64,000 nucleotides of DNA from Patescibacteria group bacterium (GTDB taxonomy: Bacteria > Patescibacteriota > Minisyncoccia > Moranbacterales > JAKLHP01): contig JAZDKA010000034.1 in NCBI GenBank assembly GCA_043803385.1, forward strand, positions 10,561 to 74,560, read 5' to 3'. The position numbers and the translations under genes were made by a program. The notes below the pieces were generated by a model. It saw only the letters and a list, made by a program, of their open reading frames with translations. It was not told where the DNA came from and ran no database searches. Positions 9,584 through 19,343 of this stretch are shown in pieces; position 1 is the first letter of the stretch, and the number at the start of each line of letters is the position of its first letter.

Positions 9584-10039
9584 ATGTCTCTTAAAGAAAA
9601 AATATTAAATGACCTTAAGAAATCTTTGAAATCGAGAGATGCTCTTAAACGCGATACTTTGCGCTTAATTTCCAGTGCTATAAAAAATGCAGAAATAGAA
9701 AAAATGAAAAAAGAAGAAGGGCTCAATGACCAGGAAGTGCTTGAAGTTTTGAAAAAAGCAGTCAAGCAGAGAAACGATAGCATAGAGCAGTATGAAAAAG
9801 GAGGGAGAAGCGATTTGGCAGAAAAGGAGAAAAAAGAATTGGAAATAATCTCTGTATACCTTCCAGAGCAAATGAACGAGGAAAAGGTGCGCGAAGAAAT
9901 TAAAGCTGTTATTTTCAAGACCGGAGCAACTTCCATGAAAGATTTCGGAAAAGTAATGGGAGTGGCGATGAAGAAATTGCAAGGACAAGCAGACGGAAGC
10001 GTTGTTAAAGAGATATTAGAAGAAGAGCTAAATAAATAA
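9584..10039 (+). CDS. yqeY: GatB/YqeY domain protein
   Basis: MSLKEKI...KQRNDSIEQY...YLPEQM...DFGKVMG. Confidence 0.93.
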   Translation: MSLKEKILNDLKKSLKSRDALKRDTLRLISSAIKNAEIEKMKKEEGLNDQEVLEVLKKAVKQRNDSIEQYEKGGRSDLAEKEKKELEIISVYLPEQMNEEKVREEIKAVIFKTGATSMKDFGKVMGVAMKKLQGQADGSVVKEILEEELNK

Positions 10040-10071
10040 TATCCAATATCCAATTTCCAATAAAAAATCAA

Positions 10072-10497
10072 ATGAAATTAATTATCGAAATAAATAATAA
10101 AGCCAAATGCCCGCTTTCCAAGAAATATTTCAAGAAAGTTATCTTAAAATCGATAGGCTTAAACAAGTTTAAATTATTAAGCATAAGCATAGCTATTGTT
10201 TCTGAAAGAGAAATAAAAAGAATAAACAAGATATATAGGAAAAAGGACAAAGCTACCGACATTCTTTCTTTCCCGGATTATTTGAAGAACAAAACTGGAG
10301 AATTTTCCTGCGAGCTGATAATCTGCTATCCTTATATTAAGAAATCAGCTAGAGAAGATAAAGTATCAATTGAAAAAGAAATGGCTTATGTTGTTTCACA
10401 CGGAATATTGCACTGTTTGGGATTGGAGCACAGTAAGAAAATGTATGAAATACAAGATAAAGTTTGTAATTCTTTACGAATTGCAAATCTGTACTAA
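10072..10497 (+). CDS. ybeY: rRNA maturation RNase YbeY
   Basis: TDILSF and HGILHCLGLEH metal-binding motif. Confidence 0.93.
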   Translation: MKLIIEINNKAKCPLSKKYFKKVILKSIGLNKFKLLSISIAIVSEREIKRINKIYRKKDKATDILSFPDYLKNKTGEFSCELIICYPYIKKSAREDKVSIEKEMAYVVSHGILHCLGLEHSKKMYEIQDKVCNSLRIANLY

Positions 10498-10574
10498 TAT
10501 ACTAATCATTTTTTTGTTAATTTGTTAATTTAAACATTCGTACATTTGTAATAATTCGTAGTTCGTAAAAATTT

Positions 10575-10964
10575 ATGGAAGAAGCAAAAAACCAAGCTAA
10601 AGAGCTTTACCAAAGTTTTTCCTATGCTTTGAGAGGGCTTAAATACGCCATTTCTATGGAAAGGAATTTTCAAACAGAGATTGTTATTGCCGTTTTCGTA
10701 ATAGCTTTAATCCTGATTTTTAAAGTTAAAAATTGGGAAGCAGTGGTTCTTGTTTCCGTGATAATATGGGTTCTTACTATGGAACTTTTTAATACTGTGG
10801 TCGAAAGGGTGGCAGACATTTTAAAACCCAGGGTTCATCCGTACATAAGGCTCATTAAAGATATGATGGCGGCAGTGGTTCTGATCTCGGTTGTTTTTGC
10901 AATAGCCATAGGGATAATTATTTTTTACCCCTACTTCAAGGATCTCGCATCTCCCATATACTAA
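10575..10964 (+). CDS. dgkA: diacylglycerol/undecaprenol kinase family protein
   Basis: SFSYALRGL, ELFNTVVE, IKDMMAA; follows ybeY. Confidence 0.9.
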   Translation: MEEAKNQAKELYQSFSYALRGLKYAISMERNFQTEIVIAVFVIALILIFKVKNWEAVVLVSVIIWVLTMELFNTVVERVADILKPRVHPYIRLIKDMMAAVVLISVVFAIAIGIIIFYPYFKDLASPIY

Positions 10965-11079
10965 TTTTGCTCAAAAGATATTTTTAAACTATAATTAAAT
11001 AAAGCAAGCCTTTTATATAGTTGCAATTTTTGTGTATTGTCGGAAATAATTGCCCACGAATCCGTTCGTGGGAACGGAT

Positions 11080-12333
11080 ATGTCTAAAGAAAATATTATA
11101 GTCGGAATAGATATTGGATCGTCCAATGTAAAAACTGTGATAGCACAGTCTTTTTCCGACGTGGAAGTTCCCAGAATAATAGGTGTGGGAATAGTTCCTT
11201 CTTCTGGAATAAGAAGGGGCGTTATTACTGATTTAGAAGAAGTTGTGAAGAATATAAACGAATCAGTGGAAAAAGCAGAAAGAATGGCTGGGCTCACAGT
11301 TAAAAGTGCTAATGTAAATATTGGAGGGACAGAAATAGGATTCCAGGATTCCAAAGGAGTGATAGCCGTTGGCAAGGCCGACGGAGAAGTAACCGAAGAT
11401 GACCTGGAAAGGGTAATCGTTGAAGCCCAAAATGTCGCTCTACCGCTTAATAAAGAGATAATTTATATTATTCCTAAAAGCTACAGGCTGGATGATCAGG
11501 AAAACATCAACGATCCCTTGGGAATGAAAGGAGTGCGCCTTGAAATGAATGCTTTGATAATAGAATGTTCTTCTAATCAAGTCAAAAATCTTACCAAATG
11601 CGTCCATCAATCAGGAATCGATATAAATGAAATAGTGCTTGAACCTTTGGCGGCGGCCGCGTCAGTTTTGAGTAAGAAACAAAAAGAGCTGGGAGTCGTT
11701 TTAATAAATATCGGAGGAGGAACAACTTCCATAGCAGTTTTTGAAGATGGAGACTTGCTTCACACCGCCGTTCTCCCGGTAGGAGCCGGGCACGTCACTA
11801 ATGATATCGCCATTGGGCTTCGCACCTCTATTGAAGTTGCAGAAAAAGTGAAGATAGAATTCGGAAGCGCTATCCCGGAAGAAATTGATAAAAAAGAAGA
11901 AATAGATTTATCACAAATTGATTCCCAAGAATCGGGGTTTGTTTCACGCCATCATGTCGCGGAAATTATCGAAGCAAGACTCGAAGAAATAGTCGGAATG
12001 GTAAACAAAGAACTCAAGGGCATTGGAAAAGCCGGACTTCTTCCTGCTGGAGCAGTAATTACTGGAGGAGGGGCCAATCTTCCTCAAATTGTTGATCTTG
12101 CAAAAAATATTTTAGGACTTCCAGCCCAAATCGGATTTCCAATAAATCTTGGAGGAATTATGAATAAGGTAGACGATCCTTCTTTTTCAACTGTTATCGG
12201 ACTTGTTATTTGGAATAAAGAACAGAAACTGAATGCGCAGAAGGGGAATAAAGGAGTTTTGGGAGATATTTCAAACACCACCGAAGAAACTGTGAAAAAA
12301 ATGAAAAAATGGATGGAAAAATTTCTGCCGTAA
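11080..12333 (+). CDS. ftsA: cell division protein FtsA
   Basis: GIDIGSS, NIGGGTT, TGGGA; upstream of ftsZ. Confidence 0.96.
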   Translation: MSKENIIVGIDIGSSNVKTVIAQSFSDVEVPRIIGVGIVPSSGIRRGVITDLEEVVKNINESVEKAERMAGLTVKSANVNIGGTEIGFQDSKGVIAVGKADGEVTEDDLERVIVEAQNVALPLNKEIIYIIPKSYRLDDQENINDPLGMKGVRLEMNALIIECSSNQVKNLTKCVHQSGIDINEIVLEPLAAAASVLSKKQKELGVVLINIGGGTTSIAVFEDGDLLHTAVLPVGAGHVTNDIAIGLRTSIEVAEKVKIEFGSAIPEEIDKKEEIDLSQIDSQESGFVSRHHVAEIIEARLEEIVGMVNKELKGIGKAGLLPAGAVITGGGANLPQIVDLAKNILGLPAQIGFPINLGGIMNKVDDPSFSTVIGLVIWNKEQKLNAQKGNKGVLGDISNTTEETVKKMKKWMEKFLP

Positions 12334-12496
12334 GGTATTGTGCGGGATTCCACAGGGTAAACTTGACACCAATCTAGCTAGTGTGCTAGATTTAGATACT
12401 AAAATAAGTTTCTTAAATTGCAAATTTTTAAGTATTTCAGGGGTCAATAATCAAAAATGGCGATTAAAGATCAATGCTTAATAAATAAAATATTTT

Positions 12497-13705
12497 ATGG
12501 CTGAAATAAAACCAGATATAGAAACCTTTGCAAAAATAAAAGTGATTGGAGTGGGAGGTTCCGGAAACAGCGCGATTAGCCGGATGATAGAATCCAAAAT
12601 AAAAGGGATTGAATTCGTGGCGATCAATACCGATGCCCAGGCTCTTCATCATTCCAAAGCTTCGGAAAAAGTTCATATTGGAAAAAATTTAACCAAGGGA
12701 TTGGGAGCAGGAATGAATCCGGAAATTGGAAGACAAGCGGCTGAAGAAAATAGAGATGAAATTCAAGAAGTTCTAAAAGGTTCTGACATGGTTTTTGTTA
12801 CTTGCGGGCTTGGAGGAGGAACAGGAACAGGCGCGGCTCCAATTGTTGCTGAAACTGCCAAGGAGCTTGGAGCACTGACAGTATCAGTAGTCACGAAACC
12901 GTTTGCCTTCGAAGGAGCACAAAGAAAAGCGATTGCCGAAGAAGGACTCGATAATTTGAAAGACAGAGTTGATTCTCTCATCACAATTCCTAACGACAAA
13001 CTGCTTTCCATAATTGACAGAAAAACAACCTTAATCAGCGCCTTTAGAATTGTTGATGATGTGCTTAGACAAGGCGTTCAGGGAATTTCAGACCTTATTA
13101 CCAAGCCAGGAGTGGTTAATGTTGATTTTGCCGATGTTAGAGCTATTTTAGAAGATAGTGGCTCTGCTCTTATGGGCATCGGGATTGCGAGCGGAGAAAA
13201 TAGGGCAGTTGAAGCAGCCAGGCACGCTATCAGCAGTCCGCTGCTTGAGCTTTCAATTGACGGAGCCAAAGGAGTACTGTTTAATGTTTCCGGGTCAAAC
13301 GACTTAACAATGCTAGAAATCAATGAAGCAGCCAATGTGATTACTGAAAATATTGATCCCAATGCTAAAGTAATTTTCGGAGCTGTGACCGATGACCAAA
13401 TCAGAAAAGGAGATATTCATATTACCGTAATAGCTACCGGTTTCGATACCAATAAAGTAAATGAAACTTCGGAAAAAATTTCCAGAGCTTTCTCCGGAGC
13501 GTCAATTTCCGTAGAAACTAAAAAGAAAGAAGACCACCGCAAAGAAGAAAGAATAACCTTTCCCTCAAAGAAACTTGAAACAAAGATGATTATCGAAGAA
13601 AAAATCCAACCGAGAGGAATTTCTATGAGAGGAGAGACAAACAAGGAAATGGAAGAAGATGAATTGGAAATCCCGGCGTTCATTCGAAGGAAGATGGAAA
13701 AATAG
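12497..13705 (+). CDS. ftsZ: cell division protein FtsZ
   Basis: GLGGGTGTG tubulin signature, NVDFAD, C-terminal LEIPAFIRR. Confidence 0.98.
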   Translation: MAEIKPDIETFAKIKVIGVGGSGNSAISRMIESKIKGIEFVAINTDAQALHHSKASEKVHIGKNLTKGLGAGMNPEIGRQAAEENRDEIQEVLKGSDMVFVTCGLGGGTGTGAAPIVAETAKELGALTVSVVTKPFAFEGAQRKAIAEEGLDNLKDRVDSLITIPNDKLLSIIDRKTTLISAFRIVDDVLRQGVQGISDLITKPGVVNVDFADVRAILEDSGSALMGIGIASGENRAVEAARHAISSPLLELSIDGAKGVLFNVSGSNDLTMLEINEAANVITENIDPNAKVIFGAVTDDQIRKGDIHITVIATGFDTNKVNETSEKISRAFSGASISVETKKKEDHRKEERITFPSKKLETKMIIEEKIQPRGISMRGETNKEMEEDELEIPAFIRRKMEK

Positions 13706-13752
13706 ATTTTTATAATACGCATATTGCATAGCTTACTGCATATTTCATTCAT

Positions 13753-13780
13753 AAAAACCGAGTTTCAGGCTCGGTTTTTT
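13753..13780 (+). terminator. intrinsic terminator after ftsZ
   Basis: aaaaaccgag-tttcagg-ctcggttttt. Confidence 0.75.
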
Positions 13781-13862
13781 AGTTGCATTATTTTATAAGA
13801 GTGATATATTATAACTGAAATAGAAAATATCCCCAGAAAAGGAGAAAAAAGGAGGAATTGTT

Positions 13863-14243
13863 ATGAAAAAAAAGATTGCGTTAATGGTAATAATGGCGGT
13901 TTTTTTTATTTTTTCTGTGTCTGCAATTTTTGCTCAGGTTCAGGTTAAAGGAATGTCATGGGCCGGGTCATCTACTGGGTCGATTCGCAATTCGATCAGG
14001 ACAGAAATCGTGGTAAAAATAGAAGACGTCTCGGCAGAAAGGAATAGGATGACAATATCTTATTCCCGAAAAAGTTTCAGGGAAGACAGAAAAGATATTT
14101 TTGAAGCTGAAATAAGAGGAACGAATCCCCTGAAGTTCAGTTTTGTAAATGCTGAAGGGTACGAGATGACCTGTGAGCTTCAGCCTGATAATAGGCTAAT
14201 GCTCACAGGAGGATTGAGATTTACATATCTCGATCCTCTATAA
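13863..14243 (+). CDS. hypothetical secreted protein
   Basis: Strong SD (ggagga); Sec signal MKKKIAL...SAIFA. Confidence 0.7.
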   Translation: MKKKIALMVIMAVFFIFSVSAIFAQVQVKGMSWAGSSTGSIRNSIRTEIVVKIEDVSAERNRMTISYSRKSFREDRKDIFEAEIRGTNPLKFSFVNAEGYEMTCELQPDNRLMLTGGLRFTYLDPL

Positions 14244-14330
14244 AAGAGTATTGGCGAGCAAAGTTGCGAGTTATTATCGCAACAATGCCCGCCGTTTTTT
14301 TATTTCCCGATTCTGTTGTAGAATACAATA

Positions 14331-15431
14331 ATGAAAGAAAAGTTTATTCCTAAAAGTTTTTATCTGCAATGGCACATAACGGAACGATGCAATTGGAGAT
14401 GCAAACATTGCTATCAAGAAAGTTATAAAACGCCAGAGATGAGCCTTGAACAGCTCTATGGCGTTTTAGACCAGTATCTGGCTTTAATAAAGAAGTGGAA
14501 TATTCCGAAAAGCAGAGCTCGAATGTCGTTAACTGGAGGAGAGCCTCTGATAAGATCCGATTTTTTTTCACTCTTAGCCAGAATGCATAAATTCGGCAAT
14601 TTTTTTAACTATACAATTTTGTCAAACGGTTCCCTTATTGACAAAGAAATTATAAAAAAACTTAAATTTCTGGGAGTAAATAATTTTCAAGTTAGCCTGG
14701 AAGGAATGGAAAAAAATAATGATGAAATAAGAGGAAAAGGATCTTTTCTGAAGGTGATAAATTCGATTAAGCTTTTATTGGATAACAAAATTCTAAATAT
14801 CAGAGTTTCTTTAAGCCTGAATAAAAAAAATGCTGGCGATGTTGAAAAATTAGCCGATTTTTTAACACCTATAGCTAAGGGGAAAGGTAATATAACTTTA
14901 GCCGCTCGAAGAATGGTTCCATGGGGAAGCGCTTCCGAAATGAAGGAATTCATTCAGGAGCCGTTAGAATTGAAAAATTTTTATGAAAGCGTCGAGCGGA
15001 TAAATAAAAGAATGACAGAAAAAAAATGTAATGTAAGAGTAGTGGGCGGATGCGAAAACGGCATTTTCAATGGTCTAGTTTCCAATAATTTAATGAGTAT
15101 AAGTCATTGCGGTATTGTTGACGGAAGGTTGATAATCGTTATGCCTAATGGAGACGTCCTTCCCTGCCGCCGTCTTCCTATTAAAGCAGGAAATGTCCTG
15201 AAACAATCGCTGGAGGAAATTTATTATTCCGATTTTATGGAAAAGTTGCGAAGTAAAAATAATAAACATAAACAGTGCAAAAATTGCGATAATTACCAAA
15301 ATTGTTTCGGCGGAGCCCCATGTGTTACCTATGCCTATACTGGAAAAATTAATATTCCTGATGTTCAATGCTGGAGAGCTTATGATAATCTAGAAGAAGT
15401 AAGAAATAATAAATATTCAGAAGAATTATGA
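14331..15431 (+). CDS. radical SAM protein with C-terminal SPASM domain
   Basis: CNWRCKHC (CxxxCxxC), TGGEP; SPASM HCG...NGDVLPC...CKNCDNYQNCFGGAPC. Confidence 0.93.
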   Translation: MKEKFIPKSFYLQWHITERCNWRCKHCYQESYKTPEMSLEQLYGVLDQYLALIKKWNIPKSRARMSLTGGEPLIRSDFFSLLARMHKFGNFFNYTILSNGSLIDKEIIKKLKFLGVNNFQVSLEGMEKNNDEIRGKGSFLKVINSIKLLLDNKILNIRVSLSLNKKNAGDVEKLADFLTPIAKGKGNITLAARRMVPWGSASEMKEFIQEPLELKNFYESVERINKRMTEKKCNVRVVGGCENGIFNGLVSNNLMSISHCGIVDGRLIIVMPNGDVLPCRRLPIKAGNVLKQSLEEIYYSDFMEKLRSKNNKHKQCKNCDNYQNCFGGAPCVTYAYTGKINIPDVQCWRAYDNLEEVRNNKYSEEL

Positions 15432-16729
15432 AAATATGTTTTTTTTCTAAATATCCGCCTATTGAAGGAGGAGTTTCCTCTCGAACGTATTGGCTAGCCA
15501 AAGGATTGGGCAAGGCTGGACATGAAATTCACATCGTAACTAATGCTCTTGAAGTTGAGGATGAGTATCGAGAAAAGCTGGATTTTGAGAATCCGGAAGA
15601 GCTGGAAAAGTATCAGCCCCAAAATGTGTTTGTCCATTCCTTAAATTATGGGCCGCCGAAACATATACCATATTCCCAAGAATATTTAGCTCGACTCATT
15701 AATCTGGGTTTGGAAGTTGTCAGGGATTATGATTGCGATGTTATTGATTCATACTATTTTCTTCCCTATGGGTTAGCGGCGATGTTTGTTAAAATTCTTT
15801 CTGGAAAGCCGTTAATCATTCGCCATGCCGGAAGTGACATAACTCGGCTTTTTGGAAATGAGAATTTTCACACTATTTTTTTAGAACTTTTTAAAAATGC
15901 TGATTTTATAATTTCTAACCAAACGGTTAAAAATAGAATATTGGAGAGGCATAGGATAGAAAAGAACAAAATAATCACCGGAAAACTTTGGGGGGTGGAT
16001 AAAAATGAATTTAATCCCGACATAGAGCCGATCAATTTTAGAAAAGAATTTAGCATTGAAATTTCTCCGGAAACGCCAGTCATAACTTATATTGGTAAAT
16101 ATGACAATAATAAAGGAATAAACGAACTTTTGGAAGCTCTCTCTGGCATTGATGACGATTTTTTCCTTCTTCTTTTGGCAGGAGGCTTGCAGAACGAATT
16201 GCTTGAGAAAAAAATTTCTTCCTTTTCTTCGCTAAAAGGAAAGTATCTAATAGCGGGTTTTGTCCCTCCCTGGAAAATTCCGGCTATACTGAAAAGATCA
16301 AATTGCCTCGTTCAGCTGGAGAATAATTTTCCCATTAGTGTTCATATGCCCATACAGCCGCTGGAAGCATTTTCGGTTGGCACTCCTGTTATTTTGAGCA
16401 GTGAAATTTTCAATAAATATGAGGTAAAACTGGGACTCGTTGATCAAAAAAATGTTTTTACTGTCAATCCCCAGGATAAAGAACAACTTCGAAAGAAGTT
16501 GAAATTAATAATAAAAGATAATGATTTACGTCGCGATGTTGGAGAAAAATCGCTGGAAATCATTAGAAAAGATAATTTTGAAAGAGCCATAAAAAATAAT
16601 ATTGAAATTTATGAAACAGCAATTTCCAGGGGATTTCGCCTAAATTTAGTATATGAAGAAGTTTCCAAATCATTTTGGAATTTTTTTGAAGGAAATTTCA
16701 AAAATAAGATCAATAAATGGATAAAATGA
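15428..16729 (+). CDS. GT-B fold glycosyltransferase, family 4-like
   Basis: MKICFFSKYPPIEGG, RHAGSD, YIGKYDNNKG, LEAFSVGTPVI; ATGA overlap with the rSAM gene. Confidence 0.88.
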   Translation: MKICFFSKYPPIEGGVSSRTYWLAKGLGKAGHEIHIVTNALEVEDEYREKLDFENPEELEKYQPQNVFVHSLNYGPPKHIPYSQEYLARLINLGLEVVRDYDCDVIDSYYFLPYGLAAMFVKILSGKPLIIRHAGSDITRLFGNENFHTIFLELFKNADFIISNQTVKNRILERHRIEKNKIITGKLWGVDKNEFNPDIEPINFRKEFSIEISPETPVITYIGKYDNNKGINELLEALSGIDDDFFLLLLAGGLQNELLEKKISSFSSLKGKYLIAGFVPPWKIPAILKRSNCLVQLENNFPISVHMPIQPLEAFSVGTPVILSSEIFNKYEVKLGLVDQKNVFTVNPQDKEQLRKKLKLIIKDNDLRRDVGEKSLEIIRKDNFERAIKNNIEIYETAISRGFRLNLVYEEVSKSFWNFFEGNFKNKINKWIK

Positions 16730-16762
16730 AGGTGTGCATAACTTTTTTCAATAATTGTCTTT

Positions 16763-16784
16763 TTGTGGTATAATTTTGGTATAA
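16763..16784 (+). promoter_or_regulatory. tandem extended -10 boxes upstream of the propeller/peptide/TPR genes
   Basis: tgtggtataattttggtataat. Confidence 0.5.
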
Positions 16785-16803
16785 TTTTATCAACAAAAAC
16801 ATT

Positions 16804-18111
16804 ATGATAAAATTAAAGTTTATGATTTTTGGAAATAAAAAGAAAATATTTCTTTTTTTGAGCTTTGCTTTATTTTTGCTAGCTGTTCCCTTATTTTTTC
16901 AACAGCTTCTTTCTAAAAAAGAAGCAGATGCCAATACCTTATTTAATAATCCTCAAAAGACTTTTCTCACTAATTACGGAGCTTATATATATGTTTTTAA
17001 TAGCGGAAATAAAACAATTACAAAAATCAGAACTAGCGATAGCAAAGAGATGCTCAAAATTAAATTTGACCCCGAACCTACTACAGTTTTTTATACGTCT
17101 CAATTTCAAAAAATTTACGCTCCTTCTTTTATTGATGGGAACGTAAGTATTTTAAAGCTACCAGGAGATGCTTCCGGCACCAAAACTATTTCTCTCGGCA
17201 AAATGATGCATTTGAAATTCAGGTCATTTTTATTTGATGCGGAAAATAAAAAACTTTTTGTTCTGGCCGAAAATTATGAAGAATCTCCCAATGGAGCTGT
17301 TTTAGTTATTGATTTGGAAAAAGATTCCATATCCAATGTAATCAAGCTAGATAGTAGCATTAGAGCTGACTTTTCCAGCCTTTCAAACGGGAAATTATTC
17401 GTTTACGATCCTTTAAAAAACGAGTTTTTCGTTATTGATTGCGGAAAAGAAGAAGTAAACAAAAAAATACAATTAGAGAGTGATGTCAAAGTAGAAGATT
17501 CCGTAATCTCGAAGCAAGGCAAAGTAATATATTTTTTAGCAGGGGGAAATCTCGTAGCACTAGATGCTGAATCAGGGAATATTATATCAAAACTAAAGGT
17601 TAAATCTGGAGTTAAAAAAATAAGAGCAGATGAAAACTCTGAACTAGTATATGTAGTTAGCTCTAGCGAAGATGAAACTAATGGTTTTTTGACGATGGCA
17701 GTTCCTAATGAAAATAGAATAATTTCAGAAGTTGAAGTTGGAAATAACCCGATCAATCTGTTTATCGGCAAAAATTATGTGTACGTGTTAAATAATGGAA
17801 GCAATTCTATTTCTGTGTTTGATAAAAAAACAAATAGAGTGGTCGGAACCATATCATCGGGAGGGCTTAACCCTATATATATGAATATTGATGAAAGTAA
17901 AGATATAATGTATATATCTAATTTTGCAAATAATACGATAGGAATTGTTGATTTAAATACGCAGAAACTGGTAGGCATTATTCCCGAAAAAGAGAATATT
18001 TTCAAGCAATACTGGTTGTTTATTGCCCTTTTTCTTTCGGCAATTATTTCATTAGTGCTTTTCTTTTTTCTGTCGAGTAGGACCAGCGGAGATAGCGCCT
18101 ATCAAGGTTAA
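16804..18111 (+). CDS. YncE/YVTN-like beta-propeller protein with N-terminal signal and C-terminal TM anchor
   Basis: Repeats such as YVLNNGSNSISVFD, VGNNP and YISNFANNTIGIVD; hydrophobic ends. Confidence 0.8.
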   Translation: MIKLKFMIFGNKKKIFLFLSFALFLLAVPLFFQQLLSKKEADANTLFNNPQKTFLTNYGAYIYVFNSGNKTITKIRTSDSKEMLKIKFDPEPTTVFYTSQFQKIYAPSFIDGNVSILKLPGDASGTKTISLGKMMHLKFRSFLFDAENKKLFVLAENYEESPNGAVLVIDLEKDSISNVIKLDSSIRADFSSLSNGKLFVYDPLKNEFFVIDCGKEEVNKKIQLESDVKVEDSVISKQGKVIYFLAGGNLVALDAESGNIISKLKVKSGVKKIRADENSELVYVVSSSEDETNGFLTMAVPNENRIISEVEVGNNPINLFIGKNYVYVLNNGSNSISVFDKKTNRVVGTISSGGLNPIYMNIDESKDIMYISNFANNTIGIVDLNTQKLVGIIPEKENIFKQYWLFIALFLSAIISLVLFFFLSSRTSGDSAYQG

Positions 18112-18131
18112 TAATTAAAGTTTTAATACAA

Positions 18132-18449
18132 ATGAGCAAAATCAGGAATAAATATAAAATTAAAAACTTTGTCTTGCTTTGCGCCGTTTTTATTGTGCTG
18201 GGACTTTTTAGCTTTATTTTTAAAAAAACAGGAATTGCAAATAGCAGTCATTTTGTAAAAATAGCCTCAGCAGATATTCCGTCTAGCGGTGGCAGTTGCA
18301 GCAGTTGCAACAGTTGCGGCGGTTGGGGCAGTTGCGGTGGCGGCGGCGGTGCCGGTTGCGGCGGCAGTGCCGGCGGTTGTGGCGGTGCCGGTTGCGGTGG
18401 CGGTTGTGGCGGTTGCGGTTGTGGCGGTTGCGGTGGCGGTTGTGGCTAA
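18132..18449 (+). CDS. Gly/Cys-rich exported peptide, putative rSAM-modified (RiPP) precursor
   Basis: Basic N-terminus, hydrophobic helix, ASA|D, then a 58-aa core with 12 Cys in Gly/Ser spacers. Confidence 0.75.
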   Translation: MSKIRNKYKIKNFVLLCAVFIVLGLFSFIFKKTGIANSSHFVKIASADIPSSGGSCSSCNSCGGWGSCGGGGGAGCGGSAGGCGGAGCGGGCGGCGCGGCGGGCG

Positions 18450-18497
18450 AAATGAAAACAGGTTTTCGCTAGGATTCTAAGTTGTTTTTTAGAAGTA

Positions 18498-19340
18498 ATG
18501 AAATTTGTATCGAAGAATAGGAAATCGTTGCTAATATATATTCTGTTGCTGGTGTTTGTTTTGTCCAGTTGTTTGTTCGGAAATGATATAAAAAAATTAA
18601 TTTCCGCGAAGATTTTTATAGGAGCAGAATATTATTTTAACGGAGGAAAGTATAATCTGAATAAGGCGGAAAAATTATATAAAATTTCACTCAAAATAAA
18701 CTCGGATATCCCCATAGCCCATTATCAGCTGGGAAGAATCTATTTTTTAGGCGGAAAATTCGACTTAGCGATTGCTGAATTCGACAAAGAACTGAAAAAC
18801 AATCAGGAAAGCAAGCATCCGTATTATATGCGAGGGCTGACAAACGGTTACGCTGGAAATTACGATGAAGCGATTTCTGATTTGCAAAAATATATCGCCT
18901 GGAATCCAAAAACTTGGGCAGGATATAACGATTTGGTTTGGGTATATTTGCTGAAAAAAGATTATCAAAAGGCCGAAGAATCATCCAGAAAAGGCCTGGA
19001 AAACAGTTCAAATAATCCCTGGCTTCTTTCAAACTTAGGCACTGCTCTTTTGAATCAAGAAAAATATCAAGAAGCGAAAGAAAAATTAACTTTGGCCAAA
19101 GATTTTGGAGAAAAACTTACCGCACAAGATTGGTCAAAGACTTACCCGGGAAATGATCCGAGAATTGCCGAATCAGGACTCCGGGATATGAAAGCGGCGA
19201 TTCAGCTCAATATCGCTATTGCTTCCAAACGGATGAACCGGAAAGAAGAAGCCAAAAAAGAATATGAAGAATATCTAGCTATGCTTCCGGAAGATGATAA
19301 CAGAAGGGTATCAGTAGATTATTTTTTGTTAATGCCGTAG
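18498..19340 (+). CDS. tetratricopeptide repeat protein with N-terminal TM/signal
   Basis: TPR patterns AHYQLGRIY...AIAEFDK, YYMRGL...AISDL, WLLSNLGTAL...A. Confidence 0.85.
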   Translation: MKFVSKNRKSLLIYILLLVFVLSSCLFGNDIKKLISAKIFIGAEYYFNGGKYNLNKAEKLYKISLKINSDIPIAHYQLGRIYFLGGKFDLAIAEFDKELKNNQESKHPYYMRGLTNGYAGNYDEAISDLQKYIAWNPKTWAGYNDLVWVYLLKKDYQKAEESSRKGLENSSNNPWLLSNLGTALLNQEKYQEAKEKLTLAKDFGEKLTAQDWSKTYPGNDPRIAESGLRDMKAAIQLNIAIASKRMNRKEEAKKEYEEYLAMLPEDDNRRVSVDYFLLMP

Positions 19341-19343
19341 ATT

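Noticed and set aside
18132-18449. Selenocysteine-containing or stop-recoded precursor
   Set aside because: There is no in-frame TGA; the ORF ends at TAA.
18289-18480. Poly-Ala/Val ORF overlapping the precursor
   Set aside because: It is an alternative-frame reading of the Gly/Cys repeat DNA.
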